From assembly GCA_001643675.2 (NCBI GenBank), contig LSRY02000016.1, positions 930,001 through 994,000 on the forward strand: a stretch of 64,000 nt of DNA. The letters are read 5' to 3'. A model generated the notes under the pieces. That model was given only the letters and a program-made list of their open reading frames with translations, was not told where the DNA came from and did not search any database. Position numbers and translations under genes: made by a program. The DNA is from Monocercomonoides exilis PA203 (taxonomy: Eukaryota; Protista; Preaxostyla). Below, piece after piece: positions 25,301 through 33,400 of the stretch. How positions within the stretch are numbered: position 1 is the stretch's first letter; every line of letters begins with the position of its first letter.

Positions 25301-28300
25301 AGCAGTGGAATCAATAATGTTTCTCCTTTTATCTCTCAAGTAACACAAAGCACTCGTTCATTGAATCCTTTCAAACCAAAAAAGAAGAAGAGCATGATTG
25401 ATTCCGTGTGCCCGTGGATTAAACATTTGCCTCGCTCGTCTGAAGAGCTGGCTGAATTGCGAGAGAAAGAAGGCAGTCTTTCAGTTGAGGATGTTGTCAA
25501 GTGGCTGTCGAGTGTTTATGACGAATGGGAACAGTATGAAAAAAGCAAAGCGCAAACAAGAATCTGCGAAGATGGCAAAAAGAATGAAGAATTTGAAGCG
25601 CCTTCTGCTCGAAGTGCTCCTCAACGGAGGCTGTCTCCTTCTTTGTTTCGTAGAACGCCTTCACCTTCTGCCAGAACAAGAAACTCGTCCTCTCCTTCTT
25701 CTCCTTCTCGTTCAAATTCGTTTTCATCAACTTCGTCATCACTATCTTCTTCCTCTTCCTCTTCCTCTTTGAATCTTCTTTCGAACACATCTTCATCTGA
25801 ATATCTTGATTGCCCTGTTTTTTATTCCTCTTTTTCGTCTTCGCAGTTTTTGCATAGTTTCCATTCGCATCTTTTTACAGTTCAACAGCCATTTGCTCTC
25901 AACCAACCTTCAAATTCGTTGCAATCTTCTGCTTCAAAACTACAATTGGCTAATATTTCTCAAACATCTGCAGGAGATTCCCAGCGATCTATGTTATCTT
26001 CTTCTTCTTCTTCTTCTTCTTCTTCTTCTTCTTCTTCTTTGCCTTCATCATCAATAACAACTTCTTTTTCTTCTTCTTCTGGTATCTCATCAACTCTCCG
26101 CAGAGGAAACCAGCGTGTTGCTGCTGCAACAATCATTCCATTGCTTTATCCTGCTGCTTCTCTTTTCTCGTCTTCTCTTTCTCTTCTTTTGGAACTCGAG
26201 TCATTTTCTGTAAAAACTCTGTCAGATTCAAGCAAAAAACATTGCGCATTGAAGAAAATGAATGACAAATCAAGTGAAAAGTCGGAATATAAATTAACTG
26301 ATAAACAGGGGAAATCATCAAATGCTGATGAAAGCACAATCAATTTTCAAAAGGGTAACACAAATCAATGCGAAATGCCACTGTTTTTCTCCTTGGATTC
26401 AATTTTCCCTCTTTCTCCTTTCCAGTTCTTCATCGACGTTTTGCATCTGTCTCTTTCTTTGCTTCCTGTTCTTCCCTCTGCATCTCTTTTGCTTTTATCT
26501 GATATTTCACTCATTCTCAATGCAGCCGAGGAACACACACGCTCAAGATCTGATGATCAATTTCCAATTTCATCTGCATTTTTTTCTCCTTCTTCAATTT
26601 CAAATGCACATTGCAATTCTTCATATTCAGTTGGTTTGCAACCTCCTCAATTGCCTTCTCTTCCTCCTTCTTCTCGTGCTCCTTCTGTCACATCTGTTGC
26701 GTTATTTGAACAGCTTTCTGTTCAAAAGTCATCTGACTCTGTTGAAGCAGCTTCATCTCCTTATCATCTCAGTCAAGCAATTCATTCATCGATGTTCGTT
26801 CTCGTTTCTTTGGTTGTTCGAACTTGGATTTCTTTTGTTCTGACAGATTTTGTTGATCTCACTGCTTCTTCTTCTTCTTCTTCTTCTTCTTCTTCTTCTT
26901 CTTCTTCTTCTTCTTCTTCTTCTCCTTCTTCTTCTTTGTTTAATTCTTCTTCTTCTTCTTCTTCTTCTTCTTCTTCTTCTTCTTCTTCTTCTTCTTCTTC
27001 TTCTTCTTCTTCTTCTTCTTCTTCATCTTCATCTTCTTATCGATCTACGTCCAATCAAACATTAAATTCTAATTCTTCTTCCCATCATTTTAGTTCATCC
27101 TTCAATTTTATTGACACTCCAGTACGAACAGAAACCACAATAGCACTTTCTCAACTATCCTCCCTAATTTATTCACTTTCTGCTTTCTCTTCATCTTCAT
27201 TGCTTTCTTCCCCTCTTTCTTCTCCTGTTCAGTCTGCCATTTCTGCTCCAAAATGCAAAGTTCAGACACCAAAACGGGGGAAATTCAACAATTCCCTTCA
27301 TTTTGTGTCTCCTTCTTTGACTCCGTTTGTGTCATCTTCCATCACATCGCTGCTTTCTGCATTAAATTCGTATATTCAGCAGTCAATTTGTGCTTCGGCT
27401 GTTCTGTTTTTTGAAGATGCAATTAACTTTCACACTGAAAATGATGAAGAAAATGAAACAATTCTTGCAAAACAGCTAACTTCTTCAGAACAACAGATCA
27501 GAAAAAGATTTGCTTTACCATCAAATTTTGAAATATCAACACTTGAAAGCTCTTTGCGTTCAATGGATCTGTCTGAATTTTCGCAATTTGTGCACATTTC
27601 CTCTCCTCTCTTTGTTGCCTCAAAGAAAGCAATGGAAATGTCAGAACTTGCAATGAAACTTCGTTCCTCTTTTCCTTTTAGCAATTACTCTAAAAAGAGT
27701 TCTGATGAACAAGAAATTTGCTCTTGTAAGAGTTCGAAGGGAACAGCTGCAATTAACAGTTGTGATCAAACAACATCTAATTCTGTTTCGTGTCATTCAG
27801 TTGATGAACCTGAAAGCCAGAGAAGCATAGAAGACAGTTCTTTAACATCAAAAGCTGAAGATTCGTCTGAAGCTGAGACAAATAAATTTAATAGCCCAAT
27901 CGAAAACAAGATACAAGAAGCAGTGCACTCGCTTCAAAAGATGATTGAATGCATTTGCAAAGAAAGCTGTCCTTCTTATTCATCTTCTTCCCATTCATCA
28001 GCATTGGATTCTCATTTTTTGGAGCCTAAACAGAAATCCTGCCTCGAATTGTTTGTTCGCTTCTGTGATTCAACTTACGTGCTCAAGGATTCTGATTGTA
28101 AATCTCAGTTTTGTGAGCCTAGCATCAAATATAAGCTTCAAGCGATGCTTCTTCCTGATGATTCGGTCACTCATTCAAACAATGATCAAGCTCATTTGGC
28201 ATCTTCTGTTTCTTCTTTGTTCTTTGTTTTGTCGCCTTTTCTTTCCAACAGTCATTTGTGTTGCATTCTGCAACTTGCTTGCCTTGTATTGATGCTTCTT

Positions 28301-29836
28301 TGCCATTCTTATGAAGAACAATATTTAACAGAAGATTCTCTGAAAATTTTACTTGAAGATGCGTTTTCTTCTGCTTCTCAATTCATTAGCAGCTGTTCTT
28401 CTTGCTTTGGTTATTTTTCGAGCTCGACATATTTGATTTCAGAAATAGCATCTTTATCGAAGATTTGCATACAACAAAGCAAAAGTTGTGCTGCATTTTT
28501 CTTCAATTCATTGGGAGTAAAGGAGCATAAGTCTGGTTCATCTTTGCCTTCGACTCCATCTTCTTCATCGTTATCTTCTTCTTTTCGCCATTCTTTTTCT
28601 TGTTCAGATCTTTCATCCCGTCATCCGCCTCCTCCACCACCACCTCCTCCTCCGCCTCCACCTCCTCCTCCGCCTCCACCTCCTCCGCCTTCAACTCCTC
28701 CTCCTCCTCCATTGTACAATTACAAGTCAACATCATCTTCTCCAATCTCTTCTTCTGCTTCTTCTGTTTCTTTCGAATCAAAAAGCCTTCCATTGTCAAG
28801 TTTCCAGTTATCCTCAATGTTCTATTTCTTGTCGCTGCATCATGTTTTGTCTTCACTTGTGTTCAATTCAACTCTTCCTGTTTCTCCTCTTTTCTTCAAC
28901 GAAGATTATGTGAATTCGTCGTTGTATCCAAAAATACAAAGCTTTCAGAATTGTAACCTTGCTTCTTTTGAAGAGTTATTTTCTTCTCATTCTCCTTTAC
29001 AAATGTTCTCAACCAGAAAATCGAGAATCTCTTATGCCTCAACAGCATGTTCATCATCATCATCATCGTCTTCTTCTTTGTTATCTTCGTCTTCTTTTAC
29101 AACTGAAAGTGGCAAAAATTCTGTATCCAGCAATTCATCTTCTTCATTTAATTCCAGAGTTCAATTGTCTAAAGCCAATGGAAATAATTCCATTATTTCA
29201 CAAGTTAACCGTAAAAGTTGTGCAAATAGTTGCACAAGTTGTCAAACGCATTCTCTTATTTTGTCGCTTTCTCCAAGAATTTCTTCTCTTTCGCCATTTT
29301 CGCAGCTGCTCGCTTTTTATCCTTCGCCTAGTTTTCTGATTTCCAGCCCATGTGTTCGTGTTGGCGTTGATGCAATTCCTCATTCTTTGTATTCTTTTTT
29401 GTCTTTTCAGTCTGAAAAGCTGAGCAAATCTATCCATGTCTTGCACTCTCCCAAAAAGATGAGCCCTCTGCATACAGGTTCTCCTTCTTTTCCTCAATTT
29501 TCCTCTTGTTCAGTTTCTTATCAAAATCAATTGTTACGAAAGAATCAAGAAGAAATTGAGGAGTCCACGAATATTTCACAAAGAAACAGCGATGTTGCTG
29601 TGCTTCCACCAACATTCTTGCCTTCTTGTTCTCACTGCACAAATAACTTCACAGAGGTTGACAAGACGCTTTCCACTTTTCCGTTTTCTGTAGCATTTTC
29701 ATTATCTCTTACCAATTTCTACCAACCTTGTCTGAATCCTGCATTTTTTGCATCTAACGAAAGGGAGAATGTGTTCTTCTTTTTGGTATTGCTGTATTGT
29801 CTTTTAAAGAAATATAAATGTTATATGATATTATAA
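19361..29836 (+). CDS. Giant Ser-rich HEAT/ARM-like alpha-solenoid protein (~3490 aa), candidate huntingtin-like; 3' end probably truncated or reading into an intron
   Basis: Single 10.5-kb ORF. HEAT-like helices (INCSDASVRIAVLSILPQIL; LTAHSSAMIASSALNVLSAYF; APDPLIRSSAAFCASHLIRLIL; LVQLHSQRQQVFSATINSF) are separated by Ser-rich inserts. A possible extra first exon starts at ATG 19236 and splices (donor 19349 or 19358) to AG 19398. The last 21 codons (from 29771, GTGTTC...) are AT/T-rich and intron-like. Confidence 0.75.
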   Translation: MNRLILLHTKSIRNSVSQLEVKQKQSTVKAILYNLRILSSWLQFTTRKLLTYPIFTALLTEITGAINCSDASVRIAVLSILPQILEQTPEEFKIDTVSLIFSITAHYPPRVRDLSFRICFPLGISVSKSSQFVVQNSLTSVLQEEIICKTAKENSILQFFASPLVLHHLSERFAQNSAFTFSDLNFAIISSLPSSSHEDGCCISKIFAAFSERSRDSVKLYHISKIISLLLSVWISKENEFNRSDLPELSSRSNLLSLTLDCFSMLENLLLSNLSTDSNMQSKSGSGFWNPSDYWLFSKKFNETSKDGKADHVLQDFYESYYEDKSDHESITEIGLKSLPNSNICNLVAVLQTILEAFLKKQKDGKCPKTHSIPTESLSTEEKTGTEVDDDNKPSNLIPSTAVVLRSLQLLLALLHFWYQHRSITFDDVQCSRNEKMKETIKSQEPRCSNSSDFSTRQVISSDVSNTALIPQIPIHFKETASSSLSVSTNSSDCFLPPQKRNHTTFSQLRQSTSKRKGKSLSIQTTESLPIQPMLQTGSHFITVPLLSSVLSLTAHSSAMIASSALNVLSAYFMSFNTLHSFHSLPFQISYKQPSQKSSTSQHYTSFLDHLLQLLSSFSSTTTSSSSPSTSRIKHKDFQIGISSESSRQENSKISCTEEIQHSSFNSLRDLDNVILTVNSSNAKFHESFIQFVERLNSVVCTKKCINKELNSQVVLEQESDVIKTNNIEADSINSAPDPLIRSSAAFCASHLIRLILSFISLAFKEEQQKISCQVDSAKKLHSSSSSSFSSKMSSFIPFESLHVFLRPFVSNQTTFQTEKDERQSKNSFISLSLLFHIIISAFVTETSQQKEKEKDEENVQTSASSFSSMKHPLSSPLVVSFSRDEDEKESAMKYEEIDPFLNALHSFEDSSVSKSTQDVSFSKNETVIPSSNSSNFSNSLISSSSSCSSLLLSPFSSLSSSTSPPLRAIIIAIHSIHHFCSIISPPLPFHFKEIDNLASKGRSFRCSTDILKQFEGSQTLVHNTSCSMNSDLSSIALNSTSASSNSTSSQIDSTFPSNLTFLSSLSLSLSFCSTFLYRLFLCQVFHPTSSLLPPSALNVLQHLSFGSVANVMDASEKWMECVTNRQITMMKDEVSKDGSEKCRSKELDLSTEISRMTDKSPKVSAPIHDSISSSMMCSNKTSSSSFIKTFLEMFLKAFLVQLHSQRQQVFSATINSFTPFVMHMVMAMKQFEKSSRFENERNFIEAKNEPRNENCRNKSDLSACNIYEENRNNAQNKQMNDYAMHSSVSCSLLSSDSSQRDFNQSTIFVRVLLMTLATAGLKGNVDPYVLSLIHKTCTNEQTFYGAAKTSSEKQITSSFSEMLSFSLHPSTCIMLLRSFLQNTSSMKFVICQKVFNLIHDKCMTQINLKSTKSIESNESTKSEITSNQIQNNSMELLEYLTTLLHMLFLNMTTSYSFSSFSDNQSSQKMCYHALVDMLISLSLIVSLIQQTVKQPRFYSIFESLYQQSVKQQAETDSTNKANLKNEEICPTNSSSPLLRQLLLKTLSDIILFSLDLLFLLQYYLIPQIPNYSQSTSFSLFNLSNAHSVKSDLNLSYQASSSRPSFQLRQICKKELRRQKRAKREERERERQNREKRRVLRRLKLERERELRKEGNIPYESEPNTADSEEEEPSSSSSDSFEMISEAMDEKEEYEEADFCSETFPYPSSLIEDDTAFLDLLCSFLPSFPSLTQSAQKSIRPSNSSASGAFPLSSSPSPSPSPSYSPLSSPAPTSSPASANAINGSTSSTSQTSPVSSSLSSSSSSSSSFSSSQSTFELILSNISLISISSLRWILKVILHSSFISAEAKEEQRIFQLCNRKSNSKKREFGKGLFEENTEFELERKEVDDKSERTDSNPQLISEQLTTMPIEESTKKHTFESLQYSYSNLIGSFGSSHKHHKDDFIPKLSLTPTAPPSVDLLLSALFSSDSLSSSSSVISSSSGINNVSPFISQVTQSTRSLNPFKPKKKKSMIDSVCPWIKHLPRSSEELAELREKEGSLSVEDVVKWLSSVYDEWEQYEKSKAQTRICEDGKKNEEFEAPSARSAPQRRLSPSLFRRTPSPSARTRNSSSPSSPSRSNSFSSTSSSLSSSSSSSSLNLLSNTSSSEYLDCPVFYSSFSSSQFLHSFHSHLFTVQQPFALNQPSNSLQSSASKLQLANISQTSAGDSQRSMLSSSSSSSSSSSSSSLPSSSITTSFSSSSGISSTLRRGNQRVAAATIIPLLYPAASLFSSSLSLLLELESFSVKTLSDSSKKHCALKKMNDKSSEKSEYKLTDKQGKSSNADESTINFQKGNTNQCEMPLFFSLDSIFPLSPFQFFIDVLHLSLSLLPVLPSASLLLLSDISLILNAAEEHTRSRSDDQFPISSAFFSPSSISNAHCNSSYSVGLQPPQLPSLPPSSRAPSVTSVALFEQLSVQKSSDSVEAASSPYHLSQAIHSSMFVLVSLVVRTWISFVLTDFVDLTASSSSSSSSSSSSSSSSSSSPSSSLFNSSSSSSSSSSSSSSSSSSSSSSSSSSSSSSSYRSTSNQTLNSNSSSHHFSSSFNFIDTPVRTETTIALSQLSSLIYSLSAFSSSSLLSSPLSSPVQSAISAPKCKVQTPKRGKFNNSLHFVSPSLTPFVSSSITSLLSALNSYIQQSICASAVLFFEDAINFHTENDEENETILAKQLTSSEQQIRKRFALPSNFEISTLESSLRSMDLSEFSQFVHISSPLFVASKKAMEMSELAMKLRSSFPFSNYSKKSSDEQEICSCKSSKGTAAINSCDQTTSNSVSCHSVDEPESQRSIEDSSLTSKAEDSSEAETNKFNSPIENKIQEAVHSLQKMIECICKESCPSYSSSSHSSALDSHFLEPKQKSCLELFVRFCDSTYVLKDSDCKSQFCEPSIKYKLQAMLLPDDSVTHSNNDQAHLASSVSSLFFVLSPFLSNSHLCCILQLACLVLMLLCHSYEEQYLTEDSLKILLEDAFSSASQFISSCSSCFGYFSSSTYLISEIASLSKICIQQSKSCAAFFFNSLGVKEHKSGSSLPSTPSSSSLSSSFRHSFSCSDLSSRHPPPPPPPPPPPPPPPPPPPPPPSTPPPPPLYNYKSTSSSPISSSASSVSFESKSLPLSSFQLSSMFYFLSLHHVLSSLVFNSTLPVSPLFFNEDYVNSSLYPKIQSFQNCNLASFEELFSSHSPLQMFSTRKSRISYASTACSSSSSSSSSLLSSSSFTTESGKNSVSSNSSSSFNSRVQLSKANGNNSIISQVNRKSCANSCTSCQTHSLILSLSPRISSLSPFSQLLAFYPSPSFLISSPCVRVGVDAIPHSLYSFLSFQSEKLSKSIHVLHSPKKMSPLHTGSPSFPQFSSCSVSYQNQLLRKNQEEIEESTNISQRNSDVAVLPPTFLPSCSHCTNNFTEVDKTLSTFPFSVAFSLSLTNFYQPCLNPAFFASNERENVFFFLVLLYCLLKKYKCYMIL
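26867..27037 (+). repeat. (TCT)n trinucleotide tract encoding poly-Ser
   Basis: Interrupted TCT run inside the 19361-29836 ORF; a shorter run lies at ~25998-26038. Confidence 0.95.
28625..28711 (+). repeat. CCN tract encoding poly-Pro
   Basis: CCG/CCT/CCA codon run (long P run, ST, then PPPPP) in the 3491-aa ORF. Confidence 0.9.
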
Positions 29837-30448
29837 TTTTTAACTTTTTAACTTGTTTGATAATAATTGTTAGTAAGTGGAGTTGATCCTATTTTCAATG
29901 TGATCCTACCCACTATTTTTATCATTTTCATTTAAAAAACGCTTCTAGAGTTAACCCTAACGCTAATTTTGCTCAACAAAACCCTAGGCCAACTCTAAAT
30001 CCAATATGAACTTGTTTTCTTCGCTATAACCCCAAAACCTAATAAACACAGCAAGAATGAATCACAATATTTTAATAATTAAGGGCAGTCATCATGTTGG
30101 AACCAGGATCTTCTCCATTTGCCGAGTAATTGATTCGAGTTTTGTATTTTTTTGATGTATTTTTAAATGTTTTTTTTTCAAGTGATTTGGTGCCATTAAA
30201 GAAAAGTGCCAATAAAAAAATGACCCTATTTGAAAATTGAGAACTAAAATTGAATTGAGTAGATTTTTTTTTTAAACCCCTTGAAACACGCATCCAAGCC
30301 GCAACAATGCGCAAGCGAGCAACCAGGCAGATTTCGAGCGTATGAAGATTACCATAATAATGTTTGCGGAGAGTGCGAATTAGAAGTTGGATCGTCTGAT
30401 TTAAACTTTTTCGTGTTTTTTTCGGAGAAATTGGAAAAAAGAAATCGG

Positions 30449-33400
30449 ATGGAAAACGAATGCAAAAACGCATCTGAACTCAAGAATATGACAAAAAAGA
30501 GTAAAAATGAAAAGGAGGTGACTGGTTGTGGAAGCGGAGAATCGGGGAAATCGGAGGCAAAGAAGCGGCCGAAGAACTACGAGGAGCGGAGCAACTTCCT
30601 GGCGAACTTTGTGTTCCTGTTCTTCTTCCGGTATGTGTTCCGGAGGCAGCCGATCATGGATGAGGATGTGTGCGAGATTGCGGAGGCGAACTCGACAGAG
30701 GTGAACTGCCCGAAGGTGAAGCAGAAGTGGGAGGCGCGATATCAGGCATATGTGGCGGAGCTGGCGGCATACAGCGCAGAGAAGGAGGAGTGTGAGCGGG
30801 AGGGGAGAGTGCTGCGGAGGAAGGCGCCAGCACGCCCGTCAGTGGTGTGGATGCTTGTGTCGCTGGGTGGGTGGCGTGTGTGGGTGTCGCAGGTGCTGAT
30901 GGCGCTGAGTGCCGGGCCGAAGCTTCTGGGTCCGTTCCTGCTGCGGTGGCTGCTGGAGGCGTTGGCAGTGAAGGAGGCGAACGATGCGGCGGGGCTGAAG
31001 ACGCCGTTCCCGGGGTGGGTGGTGGCAGGGCTGATTGTGACGCCGCTACTCACAGGGTTGTGCGAGTCGAACGGGTTCCGGTTCATCATCAACACGGCGG
31101 GACAGATCCGGACAGGGATCAGCGGGATGATCTACGACAAGACGCTGCACCTGAATATCGCGGCTCAGACGAAGATGGATGTGGGGAAGCTGGTGGCGCT
31201 GATTTCGACAGACACACAGAACGTGACGGAGTCGCTGATGGATGTGCTTGGTGTAGTGCAGTATCCGGTGCTGCTGGTAGGGACACTTGTGCTGCTGGTC
31301 ATGGAGATCAGGTACTACACAGCAATCGCAGTGGTGCTGGTGGTATTGATCTTCCCGGTACAGGGGGTTATCGCAGGGCAGATGTTTAAGAGGTACAGTC
31401 TGTATCTGGAGGCAAACGAGGAGCGGCTGAAGGCTACGAACGAGATGGTGCAAGGGATGCGCGTGGTGAAGCTGAGTGGGCTGGAGTCCGTGTTTCTGGA
31501 GCGGATTGGAAAGGCACGGCAGATGCAGCTGGGGCACTCGGCGCACTTTGTGTTTGCGCTGCAGATGATGTACTCGTCGATGTCGGCGTTTTCGATGCTT
31601 CTGCAGACGATTGTGCTGGTGGCATATCTGAAGGGGGAGGGGATCGCGGAGGCAGAAGTGGTGCACCACTTCTACCAGATTGGGAGCATCCTGGGGCTGT
31701 TCACGTATGCGGCGACGTCGCTGCCGATGGTTATGCAGTCGGGGACGCAGCTGGTAGCGTCGGCGCATCGGATTGCGGAGTTTTTGCTGATTGAGGAAAG
31801 GGAGGAGTATGTGGAGGAGATTACAGAAAGAGACGAAGAAGAGGAGAATGATACAAAGGAACATGCAGTGATCATCAGGAATGGGATGTTCAAGTGGCTG
31901 GACCCTCCAGCAATTCCGCTAATGAACGAAGAGAAGGAACAGATGGAGGAGAAGCGGGTGAAGGCACAGAGAGAGAAAGCAGAGGTGAAGAAGAGGGAGA
32001 AGAAGGGGAAAGAGATGGAAAAGAAAGAGAAAGAAGAAAAGTCTTCGTTATCTTCTGACTCGAGCGAAGGAACAGGCAAGATAGAGGGAGACGAGAATAA
32101 GAAGAGTGGAAGAGAGGGGAAGGGCTGTTCGAATGTGGTGCTGAGGGACATAAACCTGAAAGTGAGGAAAGGGGAGCTTGTGTTTGTGGTTGGGGCGGTA
32201 GGAAGCGGGAAGTCCTCGCTTCTGGCAGCGATGAGCGGGGACATTGCAAAGGCTGATGAGCTGGAGGAAGATGGGAAAGAGAAAGATGAAAAGGGGAGAA
32301 AAAAGAAGACAGAAGTGAAGGTGAGAGGGAGGGTGGTGGCGTTTTCGCAGACGCCGTGGATCTTCAACGGGACATGCAAGGAGAATATCGTATTTGAGGG
32401 AGCGATGGACGAAGAAAAGTACAGGGAGTGTGTGTCGGCGTGCTGCCTGGAGGCAGACTTTGGAGTGCTGGGGGCAGGAGACGAGACGGCGATAGGGGAG
32501 CGGGGAATCAACCTGAGCGGAGGACAGAAGGCGCGGCTGCAGCTGGCGCGGTGTGTGTACAGCGGGGCGGAGGTGGTGCTGTTGGACGATCCTTTGTCAG
32601 CGGTGGATGCACATGTGGGGAAGCGGCTGTTTGAGGAGTGCATTGTGGGGCTGCTGAAGGAGCGGCGCGGAGCTACCGTGGTTCTGGCGACGAACCAGGT
32701 GCAGTATGCTGACCAGGCAGACACGGTGGTTGTGATGGAAGGAGGAAGGATTGTGGCACAGGGGACGAAGAAGGTGCTGGAGGAGAAGGGGATTGACCTG
32801 ATGCGGCTGACGAGGAAGTGGAGGAAGGACGGGAAAGAGAAAGAGAAAGAGAAAGAGAAAGAGAAAGAGAAAGAGAAAGAGAAAGAGAAAGAGAAAGAGA
32901 AAGAGAAAGAGAAAGAGAAAGAGAAAGAGAAAGAGAAAGAGAAAGAGAAAGAGAAAGAGAAAGAGGAGAAAAAGGAAACCGAGAAAAATGAGAAAAAGGA
33001 AGATGAAGTGATGGAAGTGATGGAGTCGATCACAGAGAAAGAGGCGGAGATTCATTCAATAGAAAAGTCAACAGATAAGGCAGTTGAGATTCATTCACCT
33101 TCATCTTCATCTTCTCCAATGGTTTCACCAACGCACACAGAGGAGCAACTGGCATCAGGCACAAGCACACCAGCAAGTGTGGCAGAGATTGAGGCGAAAG
33201 CAGAGAAAAAGGCGGCGATGCAGATGATAACGGAGGAGGAGCAGATGGTGTCGAGTGTGTCATGGAGGATCTATGTGGACTATCTGGGGAAGCTGGGGAG
33301 TCCAGTGGCGGTGGGGTGCTATCTGGTGCTGCTGGTGGTGTGCGAGGGGGTGAACACGCTGAATACGTACTGGATGAACGTCGTGAGCACACCGGAGCTG

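Noticed and set aside
30281-30448. TTG-initiated N-terminal extension of the ABCC ORF
   Set aside because: Eukaryotic gene; the region is AT-rich and UTR-like, and the first ATG is at 30449.
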